A stretch of 64,000 nt of DNA from Leucoraja erinacea. Taxonomy: Eukaryota. Position 1 is the stretch's first letter. Every line of letters starts with the position of its first letter. The notes beneath the pieces were generated by a model. The model saw only the letters and a program-made list of their open reading frames with translations. It did no database searches and had not been told where the DNA came from. Shown piece after piece: positions 1 to 11,949 of this stretch. The position numbers and the translations under genes are program-made. The stretch is from positions 32,426,001-32,490,000 of the forward strand of contig NC_073382.1 of assembly GCF_028641065.1 (NCBI RefSeq), given 5' to 3'.

Positions 1-537
1 CAACTTAGGTTTGTAGGTAGGTGAATGACTAATCTGCACACCAAGAAGCCCCTTCTCGTGGTCCGGAGCCCTCAATCATGATGGTGAGTTTTAAGAAATT
101 CTCAAAGTGTCATCAATGCATTGATCTACATTCCTCAGTAAATGTAACAGTGTTTTGAACAAGTATTAATGATGCCACGTGAATTTTATTCAAAGGAACA
201 CGGCGTCATTAATACTTGTTCAAAACACAATTACATTTACTGAGGAATGTGGATCGATGCATTGATGACACATTGTATAACTACTTGTTAACTACTGGCT
301 ATTAACAAGTGCTAACAGTAGTAGTTAACAAATCGTTTGTGTCTGATGGCTGTGCAGTGGTTGTTATCCATGTTCATTTTTTTTTTAAATCCGGATTGCG
401 AATGTTTAAAAAAAAATCTTTACTTAACAAAGCAAATTCGTATTTCCATACAAAATACGGAACATTAGTGTGTGGCCCTCCTTAGGCTCCGGGCCCAATT
501 GGGAGGAATCGGTCCAATCGGCTTAAGGCCGGCCCTG
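1..537. mobile_element. Right end of a probable non-autonomous hAT-type DNA transposon (runs off the left edge of the window)
   Basis: Ends in ...cttaaggccggccctg (reverse complement CAGGGCCGGCC), a terminus typical of hAT elements. GC-rich subterminal block at 470-537. The other end is not in the window. Confidence 0.55.
107..271. repeat. Long inverted repeat (70-bp arms, 25-bp spacer)
   Basis: 107-176 is the reverse complement of 202-271 with 5 mismatches. Confidence 0.95.
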
Positions 538-825
538 ACTTTGAAATATATATTTTCAATGAATAACAATTTCCATGGAGATTAAATTTTACTCTATGCA
601 TAGTGATAAATATCCAGTGATTAAATAGATTATGACCTTGTGCGACAATAATAAAATAATAGGAATAAATGAAGAGTCTGTGTCATATCTGGACAGATTA
701 TCCACTTCACTAAAAATAAAATCTGCATGATATAAAATGAGCTGTTAAGTCAATATTATTGATTGTAATCTCATGCCTGTGACTAATTATGAACGTTAAT
801 TTTCACATTAAAATACCCAAAGATT

Positions 826-1240
826 TGACCTCCACAGCCACCTGTGGAAATTAAATCCACAGATTCACCACCCACTGGATAAACAAATTACTCCTCATCT
901 ACTTTCTAAAGGTACATCCTTTTAATCTGAGGTTGTGCACTCTGGTCCTAGACTCTCCCACAGTGGAAACATCCTCTCCACATCCACACTAACTTAGCCC
1001 TTTATTATTCGGTAAGTTTCAATAAGATCTCCCCTCGACCTTCAAAACTCCAGCGAATACAGGCCCAGAACCATCAAATATTCATCATACGTTAACTCAA
1101 TCATCCCTGGGACCATTCTTGTAAACCCTCTCCGCAACCCCTTCCACGCCAGCAGATCAGTCCACAGATATGGGGCCCAAAATTGTTCACAATACTCCAA
1201 ATGCAATCTGACCAGTGCCCGATACAGCCTCAGCATTATA
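826..1240 (-). mobile_element. CR1 LINE, degraded 3' fragment of ORF2
   Basis: ORF 1042-1236 reads LYRALVRLHLEYCEQFWAP...GLYSLEF, the CR1 RT C-terminal motif. Confidence 0.9.
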
Positions 1241-1874
1241 GCCCTTTTATGCTAGTTGCAACAAGTCTGCCTGATATTCCCCAAACATATGTCAAACAAC
1301 CGACTATTACTCACTGCTAAACACCAATTCCTATCTAGCCAACCCTCACCACACAAAAGCAAGACTAAAGCATTTGTATCACGTCCCAAAATAAATCATT
1401 GTACAAATTGTAATTGATGTTTGAAGAATAGTGTTTTGTTTCAGGAAAACATATACATTTTTGTTCACAAAGTATTTGAAAGATGTTGGAAATAGTGAAG
1501 GCTTAGCTACAATACCCTACTGAATCAAATGAGTGACTTTCTGGGAGGTGACTTTCTGGGAGGTTTTTTGTTCTATATGTACACGTGTTTCTCCAGGCTC
1601 GTGGGACATTATGGAGTGAATAATATATATAGCTAAAGAATGTATATGAACCTATAGAACAATCTTAAAGGAAACATACTTTTCACTGCACTGCACAGTA
1701 GTTCACTGCAATGTATGAAGAAATTCATCATGCACATAACATTTAATTGTGGAAAGTAAAAGTAATTGTTATTACTTTATAATAATCTTTTTATTTTTGT
1801 CAATACATATATATTATTGCTGTTACATATTTTTGTTCATTCTTTCATCAATAAAATCTGGTTAATATATAAAG

Positions 1875-2975
1875 GTTCAAAGGTTATTTTATTGGTCACC
1901 TAGGTGTAGTGAAATGCTTCTTGCCATGCAGCACATCAAGAAAGAATACAGACATAACAATAACTCCTGGAGGTACCGAGGTCTAATCGGAAGCTCAGAT
2001 GGGATAGAGCCTTCTCTGTTGCTGCTCCAGCACTCTGGAACACCCTGCCATTGCACATCAGACAGGCCCCCTCACTGTCCATCTTCAAATCCAGTGTTAA
2101 AACACATTTGTACTCCCTGGCTTTTGACCATGCCTGAGACTTTGCTTCTGTTTTTATTGTTTTTAATGTTTCTTTATTTTACATATCTTCTCCTACTATT
2201 TATTTTGATTGTTATTATTGGTGTGTATTAATTTTGTTGTCAATGATTAGTGATGTACAGCACTTTGTTGCAACTATGATTGTTTTTAAAGTGATCTATA
2301 AATAAAATTATTATTATTATTATTATTATTATTATAATAAAGAAATTTAAACATAAAAACATCCCCCCGCAATGGTTCCCATTATGAGGGAAGGCACAGT
2401 GTCCAGTCCCCATCCCATGTCCACCCATAGTCGGGCCTATTGAGGCCTCCACAGTTGCCTTTAAGGAGGCCCGATGTTCCAGGCCGTTCTCGCCGGATGA
2501 TTGTACTCCGGCGTCAGGAGAATCCTCTCGGCGGCATGGGAACCATGGAACGGCCGCTTCCCTCACCGGAGACCGCGGCTTCCGAAGCCAACAAGGTTGG
2601 AGCTACACCACTGGCGATCTCATCGAGAGATCCCAGGCTCCCGATGTTTAAGTTCAGCGCCGCCTGCAGCTGGCCGCTCCAAAGACCCGCAGCTCCGCAA
2701 TGTTTATCTCGGCGATCTCCAGCTCACCGGAGCTCCAGCGCGGCGACCCAGGCAAGGCATCGCCCACTCCGCTCCACGATAGCGCTCCAGCGCTGTGCCA
2801 CCACCGAAGCCGAGGTTCTGGGTGGTCCCCGACAGGAAACATCGCTCCAGGCCCGCTGGTAAAAAAGTCTAGACCTCCAGAACAAAAACACTTTAACTAA
2901 CTAAAAATAAAAAAAAGAGATGAAAAGACTGACAGCTGCTGGCTGGGCAGCCATGCACAGGACAGTTCCCCCTCC
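1875..2975 (-). mobile_element. GC-rich non-autonomous retroposon (copy A), interrupted by an L2 insertion
   Basis: Colinear with 30166-31012 (e.g. aatggttcccattatgagggaaggcaca, gagatcccaggctccc, ggctgggcagccat). Rex1-like tail at the left end. No coding homology. Confidence 0.8.
1964..2333 (+). mobile_element. L2 LINE 3' end with (ATT)n tail
   Basis: Translates LLEVPRSNRKLRWDRAFSVAAPALWNTLPLHIRQAPSLSIFKSSVKTHLYSLAF (L2 ORF2 C-terminus), then a 3' UTR ending aataaa(att)n. Approximate TSD acaataa/ataataa. Confidence 0.88.
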
Positions 2976-3696
2976 CTTCACTCCTAAAGATTTCATCATG
3001 ATATATTCTCACAATAGATATACAAGAATAAATGTTGTTAATTGGCTGACTAAACCCTGCGATTGGTTAACCCAAAAGTAAACATGATAGTGTGACAGTT
3101 TGATTTGATGATTAGAGGTTCCATTACAAGCTGATATTAGTAATGCAGTGTGATTTAATGAGGACAGGGTTACATTTTGATGGTTGCATGGGTGTATTGC
3201 TGGAGAGATTTTACGTAGAGCAATGTAAATAAACCTTTATCATGTAATATAGAGTCAAGAAACATTGAAATTGTTGATACAATGTTTTTTTTTAGAATAT
3301 AGAATGGAATAATTTGTCAGTTCAGAGTTTATAAAACAAAGGATTCACAGTACAATTACAAACTCTGCGATTATAGAGCAGTGTTTGATTGCAGTTTAAT
3401 TATTAGCATCATCCATTCATAAATCTTCACCAGTGAGAAAGCTGTAGGCTAGGTATTTAGAGTTCAAAACAAACACATTATAAGTGTATTTTGTGTTCAA
3501 GACTTTACTTAAGCTCTTACACTACAATCACATAGGACAGAGCAAAAAGAGGAAATCTTTGCTAATAATGAAAATATCTAAAAACATGAAGACAAGTTTG
3601 ATTGGAACTGTTTCATTTACATTGTATCAATATGTTTTGTCCAATGGAAAATCATTCAATTTACATTACCTCCACTCAGCATCAGACAATGAGTTG

Positions 3697-5647
3697 CAAA
3701 GAGTAGGAGTAAACGGATCCTTTTCACAATGGCAGACAGTGACTAGTGGGGTACCGCAAGGCTCAGTGCTGGGACCCCAGCTATTTACAATATATATTAA
3801 TGATCTGGATGAGGGAATTGAAGGCAATATCTCCAAGTTTGCGGATGACACTAAGCTGGGGGGCAGTGTTAGCTGTGAGGAGGATGCTAGGAGACTGCAA
3901 AGTGACTTGGATAGGCTGGGTGAGTGGGCAAATTTTTGGCAGATGCAGTATAATGTGGATAAATGTGAGGTTGTCCATTTTGGTGGCAAAAACGGGAAAG
4001 CAGACTATTATCTAAATGGTGGCCGATTGGGAAAGGGGGAGATGCAGCGAGACCTGGGTGTCATAGTCAAGAGTCAAGAGTCAAGAGTCAATTTAATTGT
4101 CATTTGGACCCCTGGAGGTCCAAACGAAATGCCGTTTCTGCAGCCATACATTACACACAAATAGACCCCAGACACAACATAATTACATTTAACATAAACA
4201 TCCATCACATAGCTGTGATGGAAGGCCAAATAAACTTCTCTCTCCACTGCACTCTCCCCCCCCCCGATGTCAGAGTCAAAGTCATAGCCCCCGGCTGGCG
4301 ATGGCGATTGTCCCGCGGCCATTAAAGCCACGCCGGGTGGTGCGAGGTCGCACACCGGGTCTTGGTGTTGGAGCCCCCGGTGTGCGCTCGCAGAGTCCGC
4401 GGCCATTCCAGCCGCGCGGGGCAGTGATGTAGGCCCCGCTCCAGGAGCTCTTCGACCCCGCAACTCGGGCGGGAGAAGTCGCCGCCGCAGAAGCCCCGAA
4501 AAGCGGTCTCCCTCCCCAGGGAGCCGTGGGCTCCCGGCGCCGTCGTCCACAGACCTGTAGAGAGCCTCCGACTCTCCGGCAGCAGCAGCAGCAGCAGCAG
4601 CAACAGCATCAGCAGCAGCAGCGCTCCTCCACCGCTCCGGACCCGGCCAGCTCCGCGACGGCAACGGTGAGTCGGCACCTGAGTCCCCGGTCTCTTCCTG
4701 TTGGAGGCCGCTCCTCGTTACGGCCTCAACGACGACTGAGACCCGACGAGAAAAGGTCGGGTCTCCAGTGCAGGGAGAGATTCAAAAAGTTTCCCCCCCC
4801 CCCTCCCACCCCACCCCCACCCCCCCACACACACACCCCAACATAAAATAACAAACACTACATAAAAACACAGACAAAAATAATAAAAACGCGGACAGGC
4901 TGCAGAGGCCGCTGCTGGCCAGAGCCGCGCCGCCTACCATAGTATACCAGTCATTGAAGGTAGGCATGCAGGTGCAGCAGGCAGTAAAGAAAGCGAATGG
5001 TATGTTGGCTTTCATAGCAAGAGGATTTGAGTATAGGAGCAGGGAAGTTCTACTGCAGTTGTACAGGGTCTTGGTGAGACCATACCTGGAGTATTGCATG
5101 CAGTTTTGGTCTCCAAATCTGAGGAAGGACATTATTGCCATAGAGGGAGTGCAGAGAAGGTTCACCAGACTGATTCATGGAATGTCAGGACTGTCTTATG
5201 AAGAAAGACTGGATAGACTTGGTTTATACTCTCTAGAATTTAGGAGATTGAGAGGGGATCTTATAGAAACTTACAAAATTCTTAAGGGGTTGGACAGGCT
5301 AGATGCAGGAAGATTGTTCCCAATGTTGGGGAAGTCCAGGACAAGGGGTCACAGCTTAAGGATAAGGGGGGAAATCCTTTAAAACCGAGACGAGGAGAAC
5401 TTTTTTCACACAGAGAGTGGTGAATCTCTGGAACTCTCTGCCACAGAGGGTAGTTGAGGCCAGTTCATTGGCTATATTTAAGAGGGAGTTAGATGTGGCC
5501 CTTGTGGCCAAGGGGATCAGAGGGTATGGAGAGAAGGTAGGTACGGGATACTGAGTTGGATGATCAGCCATGATCATATTGAATGGCGGTGCAGACTCAA
5601 AGGGCCGAATGGCCTACTCCTGCACCTAATTTCTATGTTTCTATGTT
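3697..5647 (+). mobile_element. 5'-truncated CR1 LINE (RT), split by an insertion at 4068-4937
   Basis: SGVPQGSVLGP, KFADDTKL and LVRPYLEYCMQFWSP motifs, and a (TTCTATGT)n tail. Confidence 0.95.
4068..4937 (-). mobile_element. GC-rich non-autonomous retroposon (copy C) with TSD CATAGT
   Basis: Exact 6-bp TSD at 4062-4067 and 4938-4943 inside the CR1. Minus-strand end is tgacaattaaat(tgactct)n. Internal (CAG)n at ~4579-4622. Confidence 0.88.
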
Positions 5648-6044
5648 TTGCTGTATACAGATAATGTCCATGTAGGTATATATTCAGAGGCCGATTATCC
5701 TCATTGAATTGTTCATAACTGCACACTTAATATCCACAAAACAAAAGCTCCCTTTCAACTTGTCTTGCAGTACAACATTAGGCTTGGACACCAAGTCAAC
5801 CAGACCTTGTAAAATGTAGATCACATCTCATATCTCATGAACCACCTGTCGCTGAAGATAGACATTGATGATGAAATTCAACTTTGTCTTCGCCTTCAAT
5901 GCACCAGTAAAACTTTCAGCCATCTGAGAAAATGTCCCTCCCCCCAAGTAAAAGTGGTTCTGCACTTGCTCTCCCCCTCCCTCCCCCCACCCCACCACCT
6001 GTAAACAGAGCTATGTTCTTGCTCCTCTCCCCCCCCCACAGACA

Positions 6045-6230
6045 CTGGATTACGCTTCTTCCCACCCTGCCTCCTGCAAAGACTCTATCCCCCACTCCTA
6101 ATTTGTTTGTCGCCACAGCATTTTCTCCCAAGATGTGTTCCATACCAGGATATCTGAGGTCCTCATTCCTTAGGTTCCCCTCTTCTGACAGAAATAAGGC
6201 CCTCACACACGTCTCCTCCTTATTCCTTAT
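6045..6230 (+). mobile_element. Degraded Penelope fragment
   Basis: cttcttcccaccctgcctcctgcaaagactctatcccc matches the SSHPASCKDSIP segment of the Penelope copies at 7770 and 10125. Confidence 0.7.
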
Positions 6231-7076
6231 CCTATAGTTCTGCTCTTGATTGTAGATTGGGCATCCTGGTCCACGTGGACATTGGGTCGATGTGCCTTAT
6301 TCCGTGCTGTATGACTGTGAAACTATAACTCTAAAAGCATAAAAACTCTTTAGTAAAGATGTCATTGAACTTCTACCACATCATAAATTTGTCAATTCTA
6401 TAAATCAGCCCTTAAGCCTCTGGAAACAGTTTTTCCTTGTTCACTACATCAAAAATATTTAAGCTTTTGAGCATCTCTATCAAATCTCTGATTAATTTTC
6501 TCCATTAAATGGAGAATGTTTCTACAGTAGTTTCTCCAGTCTCATTGCACAAATGAAGTCCCCTTAGCATTTTTTACTTTAAATCCTCTTCATTTTTCCT
6601 GGTATAGTGCCAATAATTTAATACTCTCTCTGATCCCTAAGCAATTAATTGGAAGAGTCAAGCATCTTTCTTGCTTTATCACTTTATTGCCTCTATTAAA
6701 AATACCTGAATCCTATATACTTTCCTAACAGCCTTCTTAACTGTGGAGCCATTTTGTATACAGTATAGTTAGGCCTACTTTAAGTTTGCATATTTGATAT
6801 GGATTGTTTCTTGCCACATTTGCAGCAAGGTGTATCAATTCATGCTTCACAATTAAGCTTCATCTGCACATTTAACCAGTCTACCTACATCTGCAGGAGG
6901 ACTGTTATTATTGTCCACATTACTCATTTGGTTTCCAGCAAGTTATGACTAACTTCCGTGATGGCCTCAAAATAAACGCCTGTCAAAATTAGTTTATGCC
7001 CCAGAACTTGATCACATGTGTATTTTGATGAATCAATATGGCAAATAAAAACTTGTGCAATAGAATTTTTAGATAT

Positions 7077-8288
7077 ATCCACAAACCTGACTGTCCCGGA
7101 AGACCCATTGTCTCTGCCTGTTCGTGCCCCACCGAACTCATTTACAAATACCTTGGCTCCATCCTATCCCCCTTGGTTAAATCCCTCCCTACCTATGTTC
7201 AAGACACCTCAGACACTCTCCGTCGTCTCCGCGTATTCCATTCTCTAGGCCCTCACCCCCTCATCTTCACCATGGACGTCCAATCACTCTACACCTCCAT
7301 CCCCCACCAGGATGGTCTCAAAGCCCTCCGGTTCTTCCTCGATCAGAGAAGCAACCTATACCCAGCCACTGATACTCCTCCGCTGGTCCTTACCCTCAAT
7401 AACTTCACGTTCGACTACCCCCATTTCGTCCAAATACAAGGCGTAGCTATGGGCACACGCATGGGCCCCAGTTATGCCTGCCTATTTATCGGTTATGTCG
7501 AGCAATCCTTGTTCAATACATACCAGGGCCCCATCCCCGACCTCTACCTCCGCTACATCGATGACTGCTTTGGTGCCACCTGCTGCACCCGCACACAACT
7601 GACTGACTTCATCCACTTCACCACCAACTTCCATCCGGCACTCAAATACACCTGGACCATTTCCGACACTTCCCTACCGTTCCTTGACCTCACTATCTCC
7701 ATTGCAGGTGATAGACTTCTGACCAACATCCACTATAAACCCACTGACTCCCATGGCTATCTGGACTGCACCTCTTCCCACCCTGCTTCCTGTAAGGACT
7801 CCATCCCCTACTCCCAATTCCTCCGTTTATGCCGCATCTGCTCCATGGATGAGGCATTCCACACCATGGATGAGGCGTTCCACATCTGAAATGTCCTCAT
7901 TATTCTGGGAACGGGGGTTCCCCTCTTCCACCATAGATGAGGCACGCACCAGGGTCTCTTCCATACCCCGCAACACTGCTCTCTCTCCCCATCCCCCCCC
8001 ACTCGCAACAAGGGCAGATTCCCCCTAGTCCTCACCTTTCACCCCACCAGCCGTCACATACAAAAAGTAATCCTCCGTCAGTTTCGCCACCTCCAACGTG
8101 ACCCCACCACTCGCCACATCTTCACATCTCCCCCCATATCTGCCTTCCGCAAAGACTGCTCCCTCCATAACTCCTTTGTCATTTCTTCCCTTCCCTCTCG
8201 TACCACTCCCTCCCCAGGCACTTTCCCTTGCAACCACAAGAGATGCAACACTTGTCCCTTTACCTCCCCCCTCGACTCCGTTCAAGAA
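7077..8288 (+). mobile_element. Penelope-like element, partial RT copy 1
   Basis: ORF 7038-7889 carries IHKPDCPGRPIVS, TMDVQSLYTSI, GVAMGTRMGP and LRYIDD. Aligns to 9417-10622. Confidence 0.93.
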
Positions 8289-11208
8289 CCTCACACACAT
8301 CGCCCGCGGACCCCGACTCAAACGCCCATCGGCTCCAAACATCGGGTCCGTTGACCCGCACCACGGGACTCCTGCCATCGGGTCCGCTGACCCGCGCCAC
8401 TCCACCTCCCTCAAACAACCCACAGCCGTCACCTTACCTGGAGCCTGGACTCTCCACTGGGCCTGAAGCCTTCACGCTGCTTACTCCCACTCTCCTGGGT
8501 TTGACTCCACTGGGTCCTAGTGCCAGTCGACCCAGCCTGGTCTACCTCAGTGGCAGTTCCACTGTCTTCCCCAACCCCCTCTAACTATGTGACCCCTGCT
8601 CTTCCCCACCCACACCACAGCCCTCTCACCCCCCCCCCCCCCCCCCTAACCACCCACCACCACCCCCACCACCCACCATCTCCCCACCACACATTGCCTC
8701 CCCACCACACATTGCCTCATCCCCAGTCCACCCACCAGCCTTCCTCCGGCCCCAACCCCCATCCCTGCCAGGTGTTCACTGCCCCCCCCCCCCCCCCCGA
8801 CCTCCCCCTCTCCAACACCGAACGGTCTGTCCTCAACAGAGATCTTACCTTTGTCCCCCTCCATCCCCACCTCAATGAAATCCGCGCCCACCACGTCTTG
8901 GAGCTCTTCTACCGTCGCCTCCGCATCACAGCGTACTTCCATGGGAAGGAGTCCTCGCCCCCCACTGATGACCCCATTTCCCATCTCCAACGCACCCCCC
9001 CCCCCCCCTCGTGGAAACCCCTCATGGCCAATTTCCGGCTTTAGAACTCTTCATCAATAACTGCCATCGCAACATCAACCGCCTCAACTTCTCCACTCCC
9101 CTGTCTCACTCCAATCTCACCCCCCATGAATGTTCTGCCATCGACTCACTCCGCAAAAACCCAGATTGGGTTATCAAACCCGCCGACAAGGGAGGTGCCG
9201 TGGTAGTCTGGAGCGCCGATCTCTACAAAGCTGAGGCCACGCGCCAAATCTCGGACACCTCCTCCTACTTACCCCTGGACCATGACCCCACTGACGAGCA
9301 CCAGGCCACCATTTCCAGTACCATCGCCGACTTCATCAACAATGCCCTACCCGACCGAGCCTCCAACCTCATCATTCCCCAGCCCCGCACAGCCCGATTT
9401 TACCTTCTCCCCAAAATCCACAAACCTGACTGTCCCCAAAGACCCAATGTCTCTGCCTGTTCGTGCCCCACCAAACTCATTTCCAAATACGTTGACTCCA
9501 CCCTATCCCCCTTGGTTAAATCCCTCCCTACCTATGTTCAAGACACCTCAGACACTCTCCGTCATCTCCGCGCATTCCATTCTCTAGGCCCTCATCCGCT
9601 CATCTTCACCATGGACGTCGAGTCACTCTACACCTCCATCACCCACCAGGATGGTCTCAAAGCCCTCCGGTTCTTCCTCGACCAGAGAAGCAACCTATAC
9701 CCAGCCACTGACACTCTCCTCTGCCTAGCGGAGCTGGTCCTTACCCTCAATAACTTCACGTTCAACTTCTCCCATTTCCTCCAAATACAAGGCGTAGCTA
9801 TGGGCACACGCATGGGCCCCAGATATGCCTGTCTATCTGTCGGTTACATCAAGCAATCCTTGTTCAATACATACCAGGGCCCCATCCCCGACCTCTACCT
9901 AAGCTACATCGACGACTGCTTTGGTGCCACCTCCTGCACCCGCACACAACTGACTGACTTCATCCACTTCACCACTAACTTCCATTCGGCACTCAAATAC
10001 ACCTGGACCATTTCCGACATTTCCCTACCATTCCTTGACCTCACTATGTCCATTGCAGGTGATAGACTTCTGACCGACATCCACTATAAACCCACTGACT
10101 CCCATGGCTATCTGGACTACACTCCTTCCCACCCTGCTTCCTGTAAGGACTCCATCCCCTACTCCCAATTCCTCCGTCTACGCCGCATCTGTTCCACGGA
10201 TGAGGCGTTCCACACCAGGACATCTGAAATGTCCTCATTATTCAGGGAACGGGGGTTCCCTTCCTCCACCATAGATGAGGCTCGCACCAGGGTCTCTTCC
10301 ATACCCTGGAACACTGCTCTCTCTCCCCATCCCCACACTCGCAACAAAGGCAGAGTCCCCTTAGTTCCCACCTCTCACCCCACCAGCCGTCACATACAAA
10401 AAGTAATCCTCCGTCAGTTTCGCCACCTCCAACGTGACCCCACCACTCGCCACATCTTCCCATCTCCCCCCATATCTGCCTTCTGCAAAGACCGCTCCCT
10501 CCATAACTCCCTTATCAATTCTTCCCTTCCCTCTCGTACCACCCCCTCCCCAGGCACTTTCCCTTGCAACCACAAGAGATGCAACACTTGTCCCTTTACC
10601 TCCCCCCTCGACTCAAGGACCCAAGCAGTCGTTTCAGGTGCGACAGAGGTTTACCTGCATTTCCTCCAACCTCATCTATTGCATCCGCTGCTCTAGATGT
10701 CAGCAGATCTATATCGGTGAGACCAAGCGGAGGTTGGGCGATCGTGTCGCCGAACACCTCCGCTGGGTCCGCAATAACCAATCTGACCTCCTTGTGGCTC
10801 AGCACTTCAACTCCCCCTCCCACTCCATCTCCGATCTCTCTTTCCTGGGTCTCTTCCATGGCCACAGCGAGCAGCACCGGAAATTGGAGGAACAGCACCT
10901 CATATTCCTTGGGGAGTCTGCATCCTGGGGGCATGATCATCGAATTCTCCCTATTTTGTTAGTCCTTGCTATCTCCTCCCCTTCCTCAGTCCCCCTGCTA
11001 TCTCCTCCCATTTCCCAGCCTTCGGGCTCCTCCTGCTTTTTCCTTTCTTGTCCCAGCCTCCCCCCCCCCACCCCCGATCAGTCTGAAGATGGGTTTTGGC
11101 CCGAAACGTTGCCTATTTCCTTCACTCCATAGATGCTGCTGCACCCGCTGTTTCTCCAGCTTTTTTGTGTACCTTCGATTTTCCAGCATCTGCAGTTCCT
11201 TCTTAAAC
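8289..11208 (+). mobile_element. Penelope-like retroelement, near full length (RT + GIY-YIG endonuclease), frameshifted
   Basis: N-terminal LTFVP...FYRRLR, then IKPADKGGAVVV and YIDD. GIY-YIG motif NLIYCIRCSRCQQIYIGETKRRLGDRVAEH in ORF 10434-11132. 3' UTR contains a hammerhead-like core. Confidence 0.95.
11078..11115 (+). ncRNA. Minimal hammerhead-ribozyme-like motif in the Penelope 3' region
   Basis: CTGAAGA (11083-11089), stem II gggt/gccc, then GAAACGTT (11103-11110). Stem I is weak. Confidence 0.5.
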
Positions 11209-11949
11209 AAAGAATTTTTAGATACGTGTACCGTATATACCACACTGTCTGGTGGAGTAGCCTTGATGGGCTGAATGGCCTAATTTTGCTCCTATGATTT
11301 ATGAACTACATAACTATCATTAATATCTTCATCAAATAGATATATTGAGTTCATATATCCATGTTGGTTTATTTAATATTGTATATGTACATGTCCCTTT
11401 AGGCTGGCTAGTTGACATTATATCTCTCCCACTTTTTTTGAAAAATAGGGATGCAACATTTAAATCTCTATTCGCTGGAGGATTAGAAAGCTTGGTTGGA
11501 ATTCCCATAATTTTCACTTTCTTTTTTTTCAGTAACCAAAATGCTTCCAATCTGGTTTGGGTGACTTTTTGAAATTGTGCACCAGTAATATTTCAAATGC
11601 ATTATCTTAATATTTTATCACATTTGATATAGCTGCTGTCTAATTCTTCATTGTGACATTTCCTTTATCCAGCAAGTGAAAGCAATAATTCGATATTTCA
11701 GCTATGCTCCACAAGAAAATTGCCTTATTAGTCTCTAATTGACACAGCACTTCCTTTGACTTCTAACGTAATAATAGTTATAAAATCTTTTTGATCTGCT
11801 TATTTATAAAAAATTCATAATCTCTATTTGCTCCTTATTTTTTTGTTGAATGCTTGTTGTATTCTTTTTTTTGTCTTTTGTTGTATTTTCTTTTCATTGA
11901 TTTCAATGGAGTAAAAATAATTTTGTTCAGATTTAGTTCACTCTCATGT

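Noticed and set aside
3484-3696. N-terminal extension of the 226-aa ORF as a host-CR1 fusion gene
   Set aside because: AT-rich flank that happens to be open in frame with a 5'-truncated CR1. No splice or domain support.
4526-4846. PolyQ/polyA/polyL ORFs
   Set aside because: Translations of a CAG tract in a GC-rich repeat, open in several frames, with no domain signal.
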